IMG/VR virus record: IMGVR_UViG_3300045988_099661
Span: 1,698-65,697 of that record
DNA length: 64,000 nucleotides
Source of the DNA: a virus
Direction: 5' to 3' (one strand)
Shown here: piece by piece, positions 34,408 through 42,324 of the stretch
How the letters are laid out: each line of letters begins with the position of its first letter
Position numbering within the stretch: the stretch's first letter is position 1
The notes under the pieces: generated by a model
What the model was told of the DNA's origin: nothing
The model's input: the letters and a program-made list of their open reading frames with translations, nothing else
The model's database searches: none
Program-made: the position numbers and the translations under genes

Positions 34408-34899
34408 TTAACGCTCCACCTCCATTTGTTGTCTATGCTTATGAATCATGAACAATTCAATTATGGAATATACGGCTATGTCTTTGAGCGATTCCTCGAC
34501 CTTAGAAGCGTTAATATCATTACCCATCACATGCGCAACATGCTTCCGCTCGTAGGCTTTAGCTTCTTCATACATGAGCTTGTATCTATCTTCATTACTC
34601 AGAAATGAACATTTGTGCATAGCTGCGCCAAGTTCAAAATTTTGCAGAGGCTCGCAGCCGCTTTCACTTCCATATTGCATGTTCTTTTTCACAAACAGCT
34701 CTTTCAATTCATCGAAGGTGCTGCAAACGAATTTGATAAATTCTTCTCTCGGCAGCCCATCATGTATAGGGTTGCAAACATCGTTTATAGGTTTACAGAC
34801 TTCATCTAAACAAACACCTTGCTTATTCATCTCTTCATCAATCCTTTCTGCGCCTGTTTCTGTTTCAGCAGCGCCAACACATTTTCTTTGCCTTTGCAC
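34408..34899 (-). CDS. DUF1599/MazG-like all-alpha nucleotide-pyrophosphohydrolase-like protein
   Basis: The pattern is ELFVKKNMQYGSES...YEEAKAYERKHVAHVMG...EESLKDIAVYSIIELFMI. The start is uncertain; an internal ATG at aa 24 is possible. Confidence 0.35.
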   Translation of the reverse strand: MQRQRKCVGAAETETGAERIDEEMNKQGVCLDEVCKPINDVCNPIHDGLPREEFIKFVCSTFDELKELFVKKNMQYGSESGCEPLQNFELGAAMHKCSFLSNEDRYKLMYEEAKAYERKHVAHVMGNDINASKVEESLKDIAVYSIIELFMIHKHRQQMEVER

Positions 34900-34954
34900 G
34901 GGCGGTAGATATTGCCGCCCTGCATCTTGGTTTCATGAAAAATCTTTCTAGCCA

Positions 34955-35476
34955 TTACTTATCCTCCTTCACTTTTGGTATCTTCTCGATGACCTTATCA
35001 ATCACAGTCTCAATGGTCTCGCCCGTAATCTGCAGATTGTGCGGAGTAACATACTGGGCCGCCACCATTCGATAGACAGTGGTTTCGCTAGGAATAGCCA
35101 CCCACAAGCAAACCATAACTACCGCTAAAGCACCCCGTTGCCGCACCTTTGCGGTTACACATTCAAGGTTATCTGTGGCTTTTTTAAGCTCCTCCACACC
35201 TTTACTGTGTTTATTGGCGAGTCCCTGTACTTGCAATTCGTACCCCTCATGCTCTTCATGCGGGGCTGGATAAAATTCAAGTAAACGCTTATACTTCTGA
35301 AGCTGATAACCAAGTTCTTCTACTGAAACTCGCCGAGCCGAAACCTCGGCTTTAGCTTCGTTAATGGCTACTGAGCATGTCACTACAATTATCGCAGCAG
35401 CTATCAGAAGTACAAACGACATTTTAGCTAAATATGCTAAATAAAAAATCCATGGGCTAATAATTGGTTCGTTCAT
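34955..35476 (-). CDS. Membrane protein with a coiled-coil region, about 173 aa
   Basis: The start is moved to the ATG at 35476, which has GGAAGGAG upstream. There is an N-terminal TM segment and a second TM segment near the C-terminus. Confidence 0.55.
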   Translation of the reverse strand: MNEPIISPWIFYLAYLAKMSFVLLIAAAIIVVTCSVAINEAKAEVSARRVSVEELGYQLQKYKRLLEFYPAPHEEHEGYELQVQGLANKHSKGVEELKKATDNLECVTAKVRQRGALAVVMVCLWVAIPSETTVYRMVAAQYVTPHNLQITGETIETVIDKVIEKIPKVKEDK

Positions 35477-35580
35477 TTTTCCACTCCTTCCATTCTTTAT
35501 GTAGAGCCGTAACAACGCTCACCCATGTCCAAACCGCTAACGGCAATATGAATAAAGTCAATAGCCATTCAATTAAATTA

Positions 35581-36117
35581 TTAGGCATTCTTTTCCGCCT
35601 CCTTTCTGATTCGGATGCGAGTATTAGCCGTAGCCTTTATCTCGCCTAAGTTTAAATAATAGCCAGTGACAACAACCTCAGTTCGCGGTTGCTCACTGTA
35701 TGCCTTGCAGATGTGCAAATCGTAAACCTGCTTATCATCTGGATAAACCACGCTATTCATAGCATCCAGATACAGCTTCGATATATTATCAGTATCGGGC
35801 TTTGTCAGCGGCACAATGTCGCCGTGTAATCCGGCTTCGTTAAACCATCTTTGCGCACTTTTTGGTGCTTTCCGATAACTGATAATCTCGACCTTGATAG
35901 GCATGTCGGACGACGGGAACGTCCAGCCCTGCTTCTCCATAGCCTGTTGCGCCGCGAGTCGGACAACAGCTTTTTCGTTGCGACTCTCTTTTGTGTCGTA
36001 GGCTTTTACATGGCCGCCGATGGTCGTAAACCTCGGTCGCCCTTGACCTACGGGGTCGCCTAAAACCGTGAATTTCAATATCTTCTTCCCGCAGCTCATT
36101 GGCTCCTTAAAGTTCAC
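35581..36117 (-). CDS. rusA: RusA-family Holliday junction resolvase
   Basis: GDPVGQGRPRFT...KAY and PLTKPDTDNISKLYLDAMNSVVYPDDKQVYDLHICKAY form the canonical RusA core. Confidence 0.85.
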   Translation of the reverse strand: MNFKEPMSCGKKILKFTVLGDPVGQGRPRFTTIGGHVKAYDTKESRNEKAVVRLAAQQAMEKQGWTFPSSDMPIKVEIISYRKAPKSAQRWFNEAGLHGDIVPLTKPDTDNISKLYLDAMNSVVYPDDKQVYDLHICKAYSEQPRTEVVVTGYYLNLGEIKATANTRIRIRKEAEKNA

Positions 36118-36445
36118 TGCTTTCGCCCTCCTTCAACTTTTTACGTTGTTCTTTAACTGCATTTAGGAAGTCTCTCTGGAACTCGCAGTCGCCATCAAAT
36201 TTGACCGCGCCATGCTCTTCCTTGTGCATCTCCATTAGCTCAAAGTTCCATTCCAAATCTCGCTCCATCTGCGCCAGCATCCAATCCGGCAACCGAGGAA
36301 GATTAGTCACCAATTCGCTTTGGATAGCTGCCAATGCCTGTGTAGGGATTCTGTGTACGGCGTAGCGAAATGCGTACAGCAGGACAATTAATTTTTCTTC
36401 TGTCATTTTTTTACTCCAAATTTTCAACTTTGACAATTTCAACAC
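36107..36445 (-). CDS. Hypothetical protein, 112 aa
   Basis: ORF in the early operon. Confidence 0.55.
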   Translation of the reverse strand: MLKLSKLKIWSKKMTEEKLIVLLYAFRYAVHRIPTQALAAIQSELVTNLPRLPDWMLAQMERDLEWNFELMEMHKEEHGAVKFDGDCEFQRDFLNAVKEQRKKLKEGESSEL

Positions 36446-36767
36446 CTACAAGGTATTGCTGTAAAACTTCCGCATCATAGCAGCATAACACTACTTTGCC
36501 ATTGCTGTTAAAGACGCGAATTTCTTCAACATCGCCAAACTCATCGTCTATGTCAATTTCTAAATCTCCTTTGACACAAATGTAAGCGTCGTCTATAAAA
36601 TCCGGCACATCATTGGTAAAAGATTGCAGAATTTCATTACCAAAAATACTGCCATTTATATACATAACGTATTCTACGACTATTTGGTCTTCGCCGAACA
36701 AATACGTTCCGCGAATTACATATCTAACTCTGTTACTTAAAGCTTCTATATCGTAATATTTAATCAT
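36411..36767 (-). CDS. Hypothetical protein, 118 aa
   Basis: ORF in the early operon. Confidence 0.55.
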   Translation of the reverse strand: MIKYYDIEALSNRVRYVIRGTYLFGEDQIVVEYVMYINGSIFGNEILQSFTNDVPDFIDDAYICVKGDLEIDIDDEFGDVEEIRVFNSNGKVVLCCYDAEVLQQYLVGVEIVKVENLE

Positions 36768-36777
36768 TTTTTCCTCC

Positions 36778-36924
36778 TTAAATATTCATCGGGTCGCAAT
36801 GGTCACATTCCATTTCGTCACCACCGCCGTAATAGCGGCACAGTTCGCAGCAATATTGCCGCTCCCATTCGTCGCAGAGATTGTCACAATTATCGCAAGG
36901 ATAATATTCATCATCGTCAATCAT
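36778..36924 (-). CDS. Acidic Cys-rich mini-protein, 48 aa (not in the track)
   Basis: The protein is MIDDDEYYPCDNCDNLCDEWERQYCCELCRYYGGGDEMECDHCDPMNI. GAGGTG lies upstream, and the start overlaps the upstream stop (ATGATTGA). Confidence 0.45.
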   Translation of the reverse strand: MIDDDEYYPCDNCDNLCDEWERQYCCELCRYYGGGDEMECDHCDPMNI

Positions 36925-37087
36925 TGCTGCACCTCTCAACATTCCACCTATCAGGCCAATTTGTCAATTCGCATAAGGGAGCGGTATCATTAACACTGCG
37001 AAAGATACATCCTCTGCAGTACTTCCGCTTGCTACACATTTCTTTTATGAGTTGAACCGCTTCTTTGAGTTTTTGTTTTTCACTCAT
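36917..37087 (-). CDS. Small Cys-containing protein, 56 aa (not in the track)
   Basis: The protein is MSEKQKLKEAVQLIKEMCSKRKYCRGCIFRSVNDTAPLCELTNWPDRWNVERCSND. GAGGTGAAG lies upstream. Confidence 0.45.
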   Translation of the reverse strand: MSEKQKLKEAVQLIKEMCSKRKYCRGCIFRSVNDTAPLCELTNWPDRWNVERCSND

Positions 37088-37175
37088 ATCTTCACCTCGT
37101 TTTTATAAAAAGCGGCGGCGTGGGATTTCTTGGGAACCTACTGCCATTCGGCAACCTAGCCGCCGCACCCTAGGG

Positions 37176-37337
37176 CTAGTTAACTCTCTTTTTAATTTTT
37201 CTGCCACAGTAAGGGCAGTATTTATAGTCATCATCACGGTCAAGAAAAACCGCACCACACTCATGGCACTCATATAAAGTTATTGGGAAATTATATTCAG
37301 GATAACAATATGTTCCCGTCACCGTTGTTTTATTCAT
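37176..37337 (-). CDS. Zinc-ribbon mini-protein, 53 aa (short member of the CGRKI family; not in the track)
   Basis: The protein is [53 protein letters not shown]. It overlaps the upstream stop by 8 nt. Confidence 0.55.
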   Translation of the reverse strand: MNKTTVTGTYCYPEYNFPITLYECHECGAVFLDRDDDYKYCPYCGRKIKKRVN

Positions 37338-37524
37338 ATTCCTCGTCTCCTAAATGCAACCTACTATCTTCGACAATCCAACCAATCTTTCTGCCGCAAT
37401 GAGGGCAATATTGATAATTTTCATCGCGGTCAATAAATCTAGCGCCGCATTCGTCACACGCATATTCCATCATCGGATAGTCGTATACAGAGCAACTTAC
37501 TTCTGACACCCTTGTTTCTTCCAT
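37330..37524 (-). CDS. Zinc-ribbon mini-protein, 64 aa (short member of the CGRKI family)
   Basis: YACDECGARFIDRDENYQYCPHCGRKIGW. Confidence 0.65.
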   Translation of the reverse strand: MEETRVSEVSCSVYDYPMMEYACDECGARFIDRDENYQYCPHCGRKIGWIVEDSRLHLGDEEYE

Positions 37525-37528
37525 TTTC

Positions 37529-37747
37529 TCACCTCCTCGGCCATTTTTTGACGGCTTCCGGGTGCTTTGCTTTCATTCTTTGCACAAACAATTTTTTTAA
37601 ACTGCACCACGCATATCTATTTCTTCTAAAAACAACATTTACGGCACGTCTAATCATTACTAAGCGTGGCAAGAATTCACTTCCTGGCGGTTTCAATTGT
37701 TTGTAGTCGTTTAGCTTATTGCCAATGGTTCTTTTCATAATTTTCAC
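37529..37747 (-). CDS. Small basic hypothetical protein, 72 aa
   Basis: ORF with GAGGTGAAAATT upstream. Confidence 0.5.
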   Translation of the reverse strand: MKIMKRTIGNKLNDYKQLKPPGSEFLPRLVMIRRAVNVVFRRNRYAWCSLKKLFVQRMKAKHPEAVKKWPRR

Positions 37748-37801
37748 CTCAACTTTTTCAAGGGACTTTTTGTCCCCAACTACAGCTTTTTCAAGGGAGT
37801 T

Positions 37802-37999
37802 TCAGAAGGGAAAAGTGCAACATGTTGCAAAAATCTCTTTTATAATCCCCATCTGCCAACGCCAATCATCCGTATAGTACTGCCTGCGAGGCTTTGTTAC
37901 CTTGATTTGGTCGGTCACTAAATAGACGCGGTTGCTACGCCTACAGCTAATAACTGTTGTTTTCGTCCTTCCTTCTGTTTTCATCGCTCTCTCACCCAC
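37802..37999 (-). CDS. Hypothetical protein, 65 aa
   Basis: ORF that overlaps the upstream gene by 19 nt. Confidence 0.4.
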   Translation of the reverse strand: MGERAMKTEGRTKTTVISCRRSNRVYLVTDQIKVTKPRRQYYTDDWRWQMGIIKEIFATCCTFPF

Positions 38000-38481
38000 T
38001 TTTTGGCAAACAGTCGCAGGTAATGAATATATCCGTTATCACTCAACGGCTTAACATCTTTACGCACTTTAGGCTTTAAAACTGTCGAGATGGGGCAACC
38101 ATCCACGATTAACCCTGCACCTTTTTCCTTGCATGTAGCCTTGATTTCGTCTATATGTTTGCTGTAAAGCTCCTGCGGAATAAAATAATACAACCCTTTA
38201 ACGTCTGGGTGGTCGTGATACTTATTTTTCTTTTGGTCTGCTCTAAAATCAGAAATACTGATTTTAACTTCGACCTCATAAAGATAATAGCTTTTAGTGA
38301 TGTACAAGAAGTCTGCTTCATAGTACCATTTGTATCGGTCTTGCCGTTCTCCGCCGTCCCACACCTTCCAGTACTGGTCCATTATGATATTCGGACCGCA
38401 ATCTAAGCCGCGCTCAATGCCGTATAAGCGCCCTAAACGTGAGCTAAGACTATCTTCTGTATGTTTATCGCCATAATTCAT
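37981..38481 (-). CDS. PD-(D/E)XK nuclease-fold protein, 166 aa
   Basis: EADFLYIT...LYEVEVKISISDFRAD gives a D...E-x-K arrangement. Confidence 0.45.
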   Translation of the reverse strand: MNYGDKHTEDSLSSRLGRLYGIERGLDCGPNIIMDQYWKVWDGGERQDRYKWYYEADFLYITKSYYLYEVEVKISISDFRADQKKNKYHDHPDVKGLYYFIPQELYSKHIDEIKATCKEKGAGLIVDGCPISTVLKPKVRKDVKPLSDNGYIHYLRLFAKKWVRER

Positions 38482-38491
38482 TTAAAGCCTC

Positions 38492-38902
38492 CTACAGCTT
38501 ATACTCCACTCCTAATTCAGCAGCCACTTTAGGCAAGGCAGCTTCCGCTTCTTCGCACGTGCGGTAAGCCCAGCCTTTGTCAAGTAAAGCATACTCATTC
38601 GGAAAACCGCCCCACCAAAACGAGCGAACAACCCACTTACCGCCCAAAAGCTCAAAGGTAAAATAAACATCGCCTTTCTTCGGCTTCCACGGTAGCTTCA
38701 CAATTTCGTCAGTGCCCTTCACCAAGGCAGCAAAGGCTACCTTAGCAGATACGTCTGATATTTCAATACCGCTGTTATGCGTCAATTTCAATCCGTCATC
38801 AGTGAATTGATAAGTCAATTCGTTATCACCTTTGACTTTAAATGCCTCGCCCAGCTCCACGCCGAGCATTTGGGCGATTTGCGGGATTAAATTTTTAGCC
38901 AT
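38492..38902 (-). CDS. Hypothetical protein, about 136 aa
   Basis: The start is moved to the ATG at 38902, which has GGAGGT upstream. Confidence 0.55.
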   Translation of the reverse strand: MAKNLIPQIAQMLGVELGEAFKVKGDNELTYQFTDDGLKLTHNSGIEISDVSAKVAFAALVKGTDEIVKLPWKPKKGDVYFTFELLGGKWVVRSFWWGGFPNEYALLDKGWAYRTCEEAEAALPKVAAELGVEYKL

Positions 38903-38917
38903 TATTTTTACCTCCAC

Positions 38918-39124
38918 TCAACAATGATAAACTTTTTCTAATCCCTTATCGGTAACAACCGTAATGCTAATAGGGAAACCCGACTGATCAACCGTAATCG
39001 GCTTAAATCTCATGCCTTTAATAGCCAAATTCGTTTTATGGTTTTGTTCACACTGTTTACATGCAAATTTTTCAGCATAGTCTGTGTGACAAAATTCACA
39101 TGTATAAAGTTTTTTCTCTTTCAT
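38918..39124 (-). CDS. Zinc-ribbon protein, 68 aa
   Basis: YTCEFCHTDYAEKFACKQCEQNH. Confidence 0.55.
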   Translation of the reverse strand: MKEKKLYTCEFCHTDYAEKFACKQCEQNHKTNLAIKGMRFKPITVDQSGFPISITVVTDKGLEKVYHC

Positions 39125-39160
39125 TTTTCCTTTGCAACCTCCACGCCCAACATATCGGCT

Positions 39161-39394
39161 TTATTCAATTTCTTCTACTTCGGTGTATTCGACTTCATCA
39201 TCGCATGCAATGCTAACGATAGCATCATCTGTATCGCATACCCCAATTAATTTGTCATATCCACCATTGCCGACAAGACCTATAGGCCCAGAGCACTCTT
39301 CGTAAGCCTTTTCAATGGCTTCTTTTTTGTTTTTTGCTTCTAATTCTACCGAGATAAAAGCGGTTACTTTACCGGTAACAATATATTTTTTCAT
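39161..39394 (-). CDS. Hypothetical acidic protein, 77 aa
   Basis: ORF in the early operon. Confidence 0.5.
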   Translation of the reverse strand: MKKYIVTGKVTAFISVELEAKNKKEAIEKAYEECSGPIGLVGNGGYDKLIGVCDTDDAIVSIACDDEVEYTEVEEIE

Positions 39395-39933
39395 TTTTCT
39401 TCTCCTTCATTTTGCTTTGACAAAGAAGCCATTTTCTCAAAAAACTCAATGGCAGCCATGTACTGAGCGTAATATTTTTTATTAGGCTTTTTGCCTTCTT
39501 CGCCGTAGATGCTTTCTACACGTTTTTTAAACTCTTCTAACGTGCCACCTTTATAATTGTTCCAGCAGCCACAAACAACATTATCATCTTCCACGCAATA
39601 GGTGGTAGTCGCGTTCCTCCTACCTATGCGGACAATTTGATAATATGTTTTGCCGAGGTCTGCTCCGCTGAGGTATGCTCCGCCGAGGTCTGCTCCGCTG
39701 AGGTCTGCTCCGCTGAGGTCTGCTTCGCAGAGGTTTGCTCCGTTGAGGTTTGCTCCGTTGAGGTTTGCTCCGCTGAGGTCTGCTCCGCTGAGGCCTGCGC
39801 CTCTGAGGTCTGCGCCTCTGAGGTCTGCGTTGCAGAGGTTTGCTCTTTCCCCACCATTCTCACATCTCAGCCATTTACCATGGCTTACGATAATCTCGTT
39901 CAGTTTTTCTTGTGTAATTTTCATTATTTCCAC
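39391..39933 (-). CDS. Pentapeptide-repeat protein, 180 aa
   Basis: The repeat run is [62 protein letters not shown]. Confidence 0.9.
   Translation of the reverse strand: MEIMKITQEKLNEIIVSHGKWLRCENGGERANLCNADLRGADLRGAGLSGADLSGANLNGANLNGANLCEADLSGADLSGADLGGAYLSGADLGKTYYQIVRIGRRNATTTYCVEDDNVVCGCWNNYKGGTLEEFKKRVESIYGEEGKKPNKKYYAQYMAAIEFFEKMASLSKQNEGEEK
39652..39845 (-). repeat. 15-bp tandem DNA repeats encoding the pentapeptide units
   Basis: GAGGTCTGCTCCGCT and variants are iterated on the plus strand, in frame with the CDS. Confidence 0.9.
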
Positions 39934-40298
39934 TCCTTAATCTTGCGTCCGCAATAAGGGCAATAGTTATACAAATCATACGCTTGCACATTAGTTTTAC
40001 AACGAGAGCAACGATAAATGCTAATACCTGGTTCATCACCATGACCTACATATTGCATTGCACTATTTTCATCATTAGCTTTAAAGCCTTGCGCCGCATT
40101 GATTTTGCTGGATAGTTCGTTCATGTCTTCTATCGCTCCTTCTCGAGAATCATATCTGTTGTATTCCATCTCTTTTCCGTCGACACAAATATAAGCAATA
40201 TAAACGTCCTTGTCTGAACCAAATTTACAACGTTGTAACCGCAAACTGTTAACACAGTTGAAATTTTCCCACAGTCTGTTATTAACCTTAATAAGCAT
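39924..40298 (-). CDS. Protein with a C-terminal CGRKI-type zinc ribbon, 124 aa
   Basis: [31 protein letters not shown]. Confidence 0.65.
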   Translation of the reverse strand: MLIKVNNRLWENFNCVNSLRLQRCKFGSDKDVYIAYICVDGKEMEYNRYDSREGAIEDMNELSSKINAAQGFKANDENSAMQYVGHGDEPGISIYRCSRCKTNVQAYDLYNYCPYCGRKIKEWK

Positions 40299-40646
40299 TT
40301 ACTCCCGCCTCTCAATCTTTCTGCCACACCAACAGCAGTGTGACTGTCCAGCATAATAAAATATTCCGCCGCACTTTTTGCAGCGACAAGTTGGGAACGC
40401 CTCTTGATAATATCCCGCATACACAATCGCCGTTGTACGGTCAAGCTCATGCTTTAAAGCTGTTAATACGACCTTTTTCTTTTTTATTCGGGAGATAACC
40501 CATTCTTTATCGCCATCCGTCAAACGGCCACGTTGAAGCGCAAACTTCGACTTCGAGATTGTCCCTTTGGTCTCTAAAATCTGTTCACGTAACATCTTTT
40601 CACGTTGCGGCAGGCTATCCCACCATTGGTTTCGTTCTGGAGTCAT
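40299..40646 (-). CDS. CGRKI-family zinc-ribbon protein, long form 1 (115 aa)
   Basis: The N-terminus is MTPERNQWWDSLPQREKMLREQI. The C-terminal part is ALKHELDRT...CRCKKCGGIFYYAGQSHCCWCGRKIE. Confidence 0.7.
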   Translation of the reverse strand: MTPERNQWWDSLPQREKMLREQILETKGTISKSKFALQRGRLTDGDKEWVISRIKKKKVVLTALKHELDRTTAIVYAGYYQEAFPTCRCKKCGGIFYYAGQSHCCWCGRKIERRE

Positions 40647-41296
40647 TTGCTATTCCTCCTTTCACTACCCATGTACAAACGGTATCCTTCGGTGCCGCGC
40701 AAGCGCCAAATCTGCTGTCTGCGTATTTTTTTCTTGTTGACAATCAGCTCGCGGATGGCTGGCGTGGTTATAACCTCGTCCCTAGCGCCGTACCGCAGCC
40801 CTTTGCAATACATTTTGTACTCGTGCCTGTCTTTTTGCTTACGGTTCATCTTCCCCGACCTCCCAATCATAAGGACGTCTTGTGAGCTTACAAGAGTCAT
40901 AGAGAGAACTATCAAAAAAATACATCCTTCGTTACATCTTCGCTTTAGGCATCCAAGCTTTATGGATTTAGCGGCTTCTACAAGTTCGTCACCTTGCGTC
41001 ATGCCCAACCGCTCAGCCCAGCGTTTCCATTTTGGGTTCTCGTCGTCCTCGTAGCTCAAGGACTCCACAACACCCGCAGCTTTAAGCAGCTTTATAACTG
41101 CCAGCACGTCGCTGATTTCTTCTTGCAGGTTGGCTTTCGCTTTCTGCTCGCTAACCGGCGTGAGATTGCTGCTCATCCCTGCCGCACGGATGAGCTTCAA
41201 GGCTGCCTGTGACAACTCGGCGGCTTCTTCGGCCAACTGCTCCAGTAAAGTACGCTCACTCAAAACACTTAAAATGTATTCTTGATATTTATTCAT
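40643..41296 (-). CDS. MazG-like NTP pyrophosphohydrolase domain with an odd 100-aa C-terminal extension
   Basis: EQLAEEAAELSQAALKLIRA...LQEEISDVLAVIKLLK...KWKRWAERL is MazG-like. The start is moved to the ATG at 41296, which has AAGGAG upstream. An in-frame internal ATG with GGGAGG lies at about 40849. Confidence 0.5.
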   Translation of the reverse strand: MNKYQEYILSVLSERTLLEQLAEEAAELSQAALKLIRAAGMSSNLTPVSEQKAKANLQEEISDVLAVIKLLKAAGVVESLSYEDDENPKWKRWAERLGMTQGDELVEAAKSIKLGCLKRRCNEGCIFLIVLSMTLVSSQDVLMIGRSGKMNRKQKDRHEYKMYCKGLRYGARDEVITTPAIRELIVNKKKIRRQQIWRLRGTEGYRLYMGSERRNSK

Positions 41297-41637
41297 GCTT
41301 TCCACTCCTTTATCTTGCGTCCGCACCAAGGGCAGTACCTCTGGCCAATATATTTAATTCCGCAACTGCACTTTTCACACCGATAAATCGGTGAAATTCC
41401 TTCGTAGAACCCTGTGTACATCATATTTGTACGGTCAAGCTCACTCTTGATAGCACGGATATGAGCTGTGTAATAATTAATACGTTTTAAAGCGGTTTTT
41501 TTAACCACAACGCTCCATGTGGTACTCGCATGAAGCTTTTCTTCGCTTCTTTCATTCTTCAAACGCGAAATTTCTCTACGCAAATATTTTTGTGTTTCCG
41601 GCAGGCTATCCCACCAGCTCTGACGCTTTAATGTCAT
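41293..41637 (-). CDS. CGRKI-family zinc-ribbon protein, long form 2 (114 aa)
   Basis: The N-terminus is MTLKRQSWWDSLPETQKYLRREI. The C-terminal part is AIKSELDRT...YRCEKCSCGIKYIGQRYCPWCGRKIKE. Confidence 0.7.
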   Translation of the reverse strand: MTLKRQSWWDSLPETQKYLRREISRLKNERSEEKLHASTTWSVVVKKTALKRINYYTAHIRAIKSELDRTNMMYTGFYEGISPIYRCEKCSCGIKYIGQRYCPWCGRKIKEWKA

Positions 41638-41786
41638 TTGTTTTCCCCCTTTGCTTCCTTACAGGTCAGCCACGCCGCTTCATCAGCGCGCTCTTTCGCC
41701 AAGCGCACGGCGCACTCTTTCGCTTGCAGCGCGCCGTCTGCATAAACTGTTATCTTTGCGATAACTTCTACCTCATAAGCTTTCAT
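41634..41786 (-). CDS. Small hypothetical protein, about 50 aa
   Basis: The internal ATG at 41786 avoids a 52-nt overlap with the upstream gene. The full track ORF is 41634-41852. Confidence 0.4.
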   Translation of the reverse strand: MKAYEVEVIAKITVYADGALQAKECAVRLAKERADEAAWLTCKEAKGENK

Positions 41787-41800
41787 TCTCTCCAGCCCCT

Positions 41801-42145
41801 CTACTGACCGTAATGCCCACCCCAGCGCAGTTTTCTGCCACAGACAGCACAATGGTTGTCATATTGTTGTACGAATTGGCAACAGTTGCTGCAATAAAAC
41901 TCACCTGTTGCGCTTTTCTTTACCTTTGCAACCTTTCCGCGTTCCAGCTCGTGCTTCATGGCGCGGATAGTCGCGTTTTCAGCATTGATTCTTTTCTTGA
42001 TTTCATCCTTAGCGTAACCGTCAACGTACTTCAAGAGGATTTTCCCTAACTTGATGCTGCTGCGGAACGCGCGTATATTGATACGCAGGTACCTTTCACG
42101 GTTCGGGAGTGTTTCTTCCCATTCTTGTCTCTTCTTACTCGTCAT
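41801..42145 (-). CDS. CGRKI-family zinc-ribbon protein, long form 3 (114 aa)
   Basis: The N-terminus is MTSKKRQEWEETLPNRERYLRINI. The C-terminal part is AMKHELERG...FYCSNCCQFVQQYDNHCAVCGRKLR. Confidence 0.7.
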   Translation of the reverse strand: MTSKKRQEWEETLPNRERYLRINIRAFRSSIKLGKILLKYVDGYAKDEIKKRINAENATIRAMKHELERGKVAKVKKSATGEFYCSNCCQFVQQYDNHCAVCGRKLRWGGHYGQ

Positions 42146-42324
42146 TGTTTACCACCCTCCTTAACCACTAAAGCACGTTCTTCGTTTGTTAAGTCAAACA
42201 TTTTTACTACGCCGTGCCACAATTTATATTTCAGAACTTCACGCCGCATCAGCTGGCGTGCTTGCTTAACGCAGTAGCGGTAATATTTCAACCGCTGGCG
42301 TTTACGTCTATTCATTACAGACAA
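42142..42324 (-). CDS. Small basic hypothetical protein, 60 aa
   Basis: ORF with 4-nt overlaps on both sides. Confidence 0.5.
   Translation of the reverse strand: MSVMNRRKRQRLKYYRYCVKQARQLMRREVLKYKLWHGVVKMFDLTNEERALVVKEGGKQ

Noticed and set aside
39652-39845. A regular 15-bp tandem repeat array that could at first glance suggest a CRISPR-like or VNTR locus
   Set aside because: There are no unique spacers. The repeats are contiguous, in frame, and translate into canonical pentapeptide repeats inside ORF 39391-39933.
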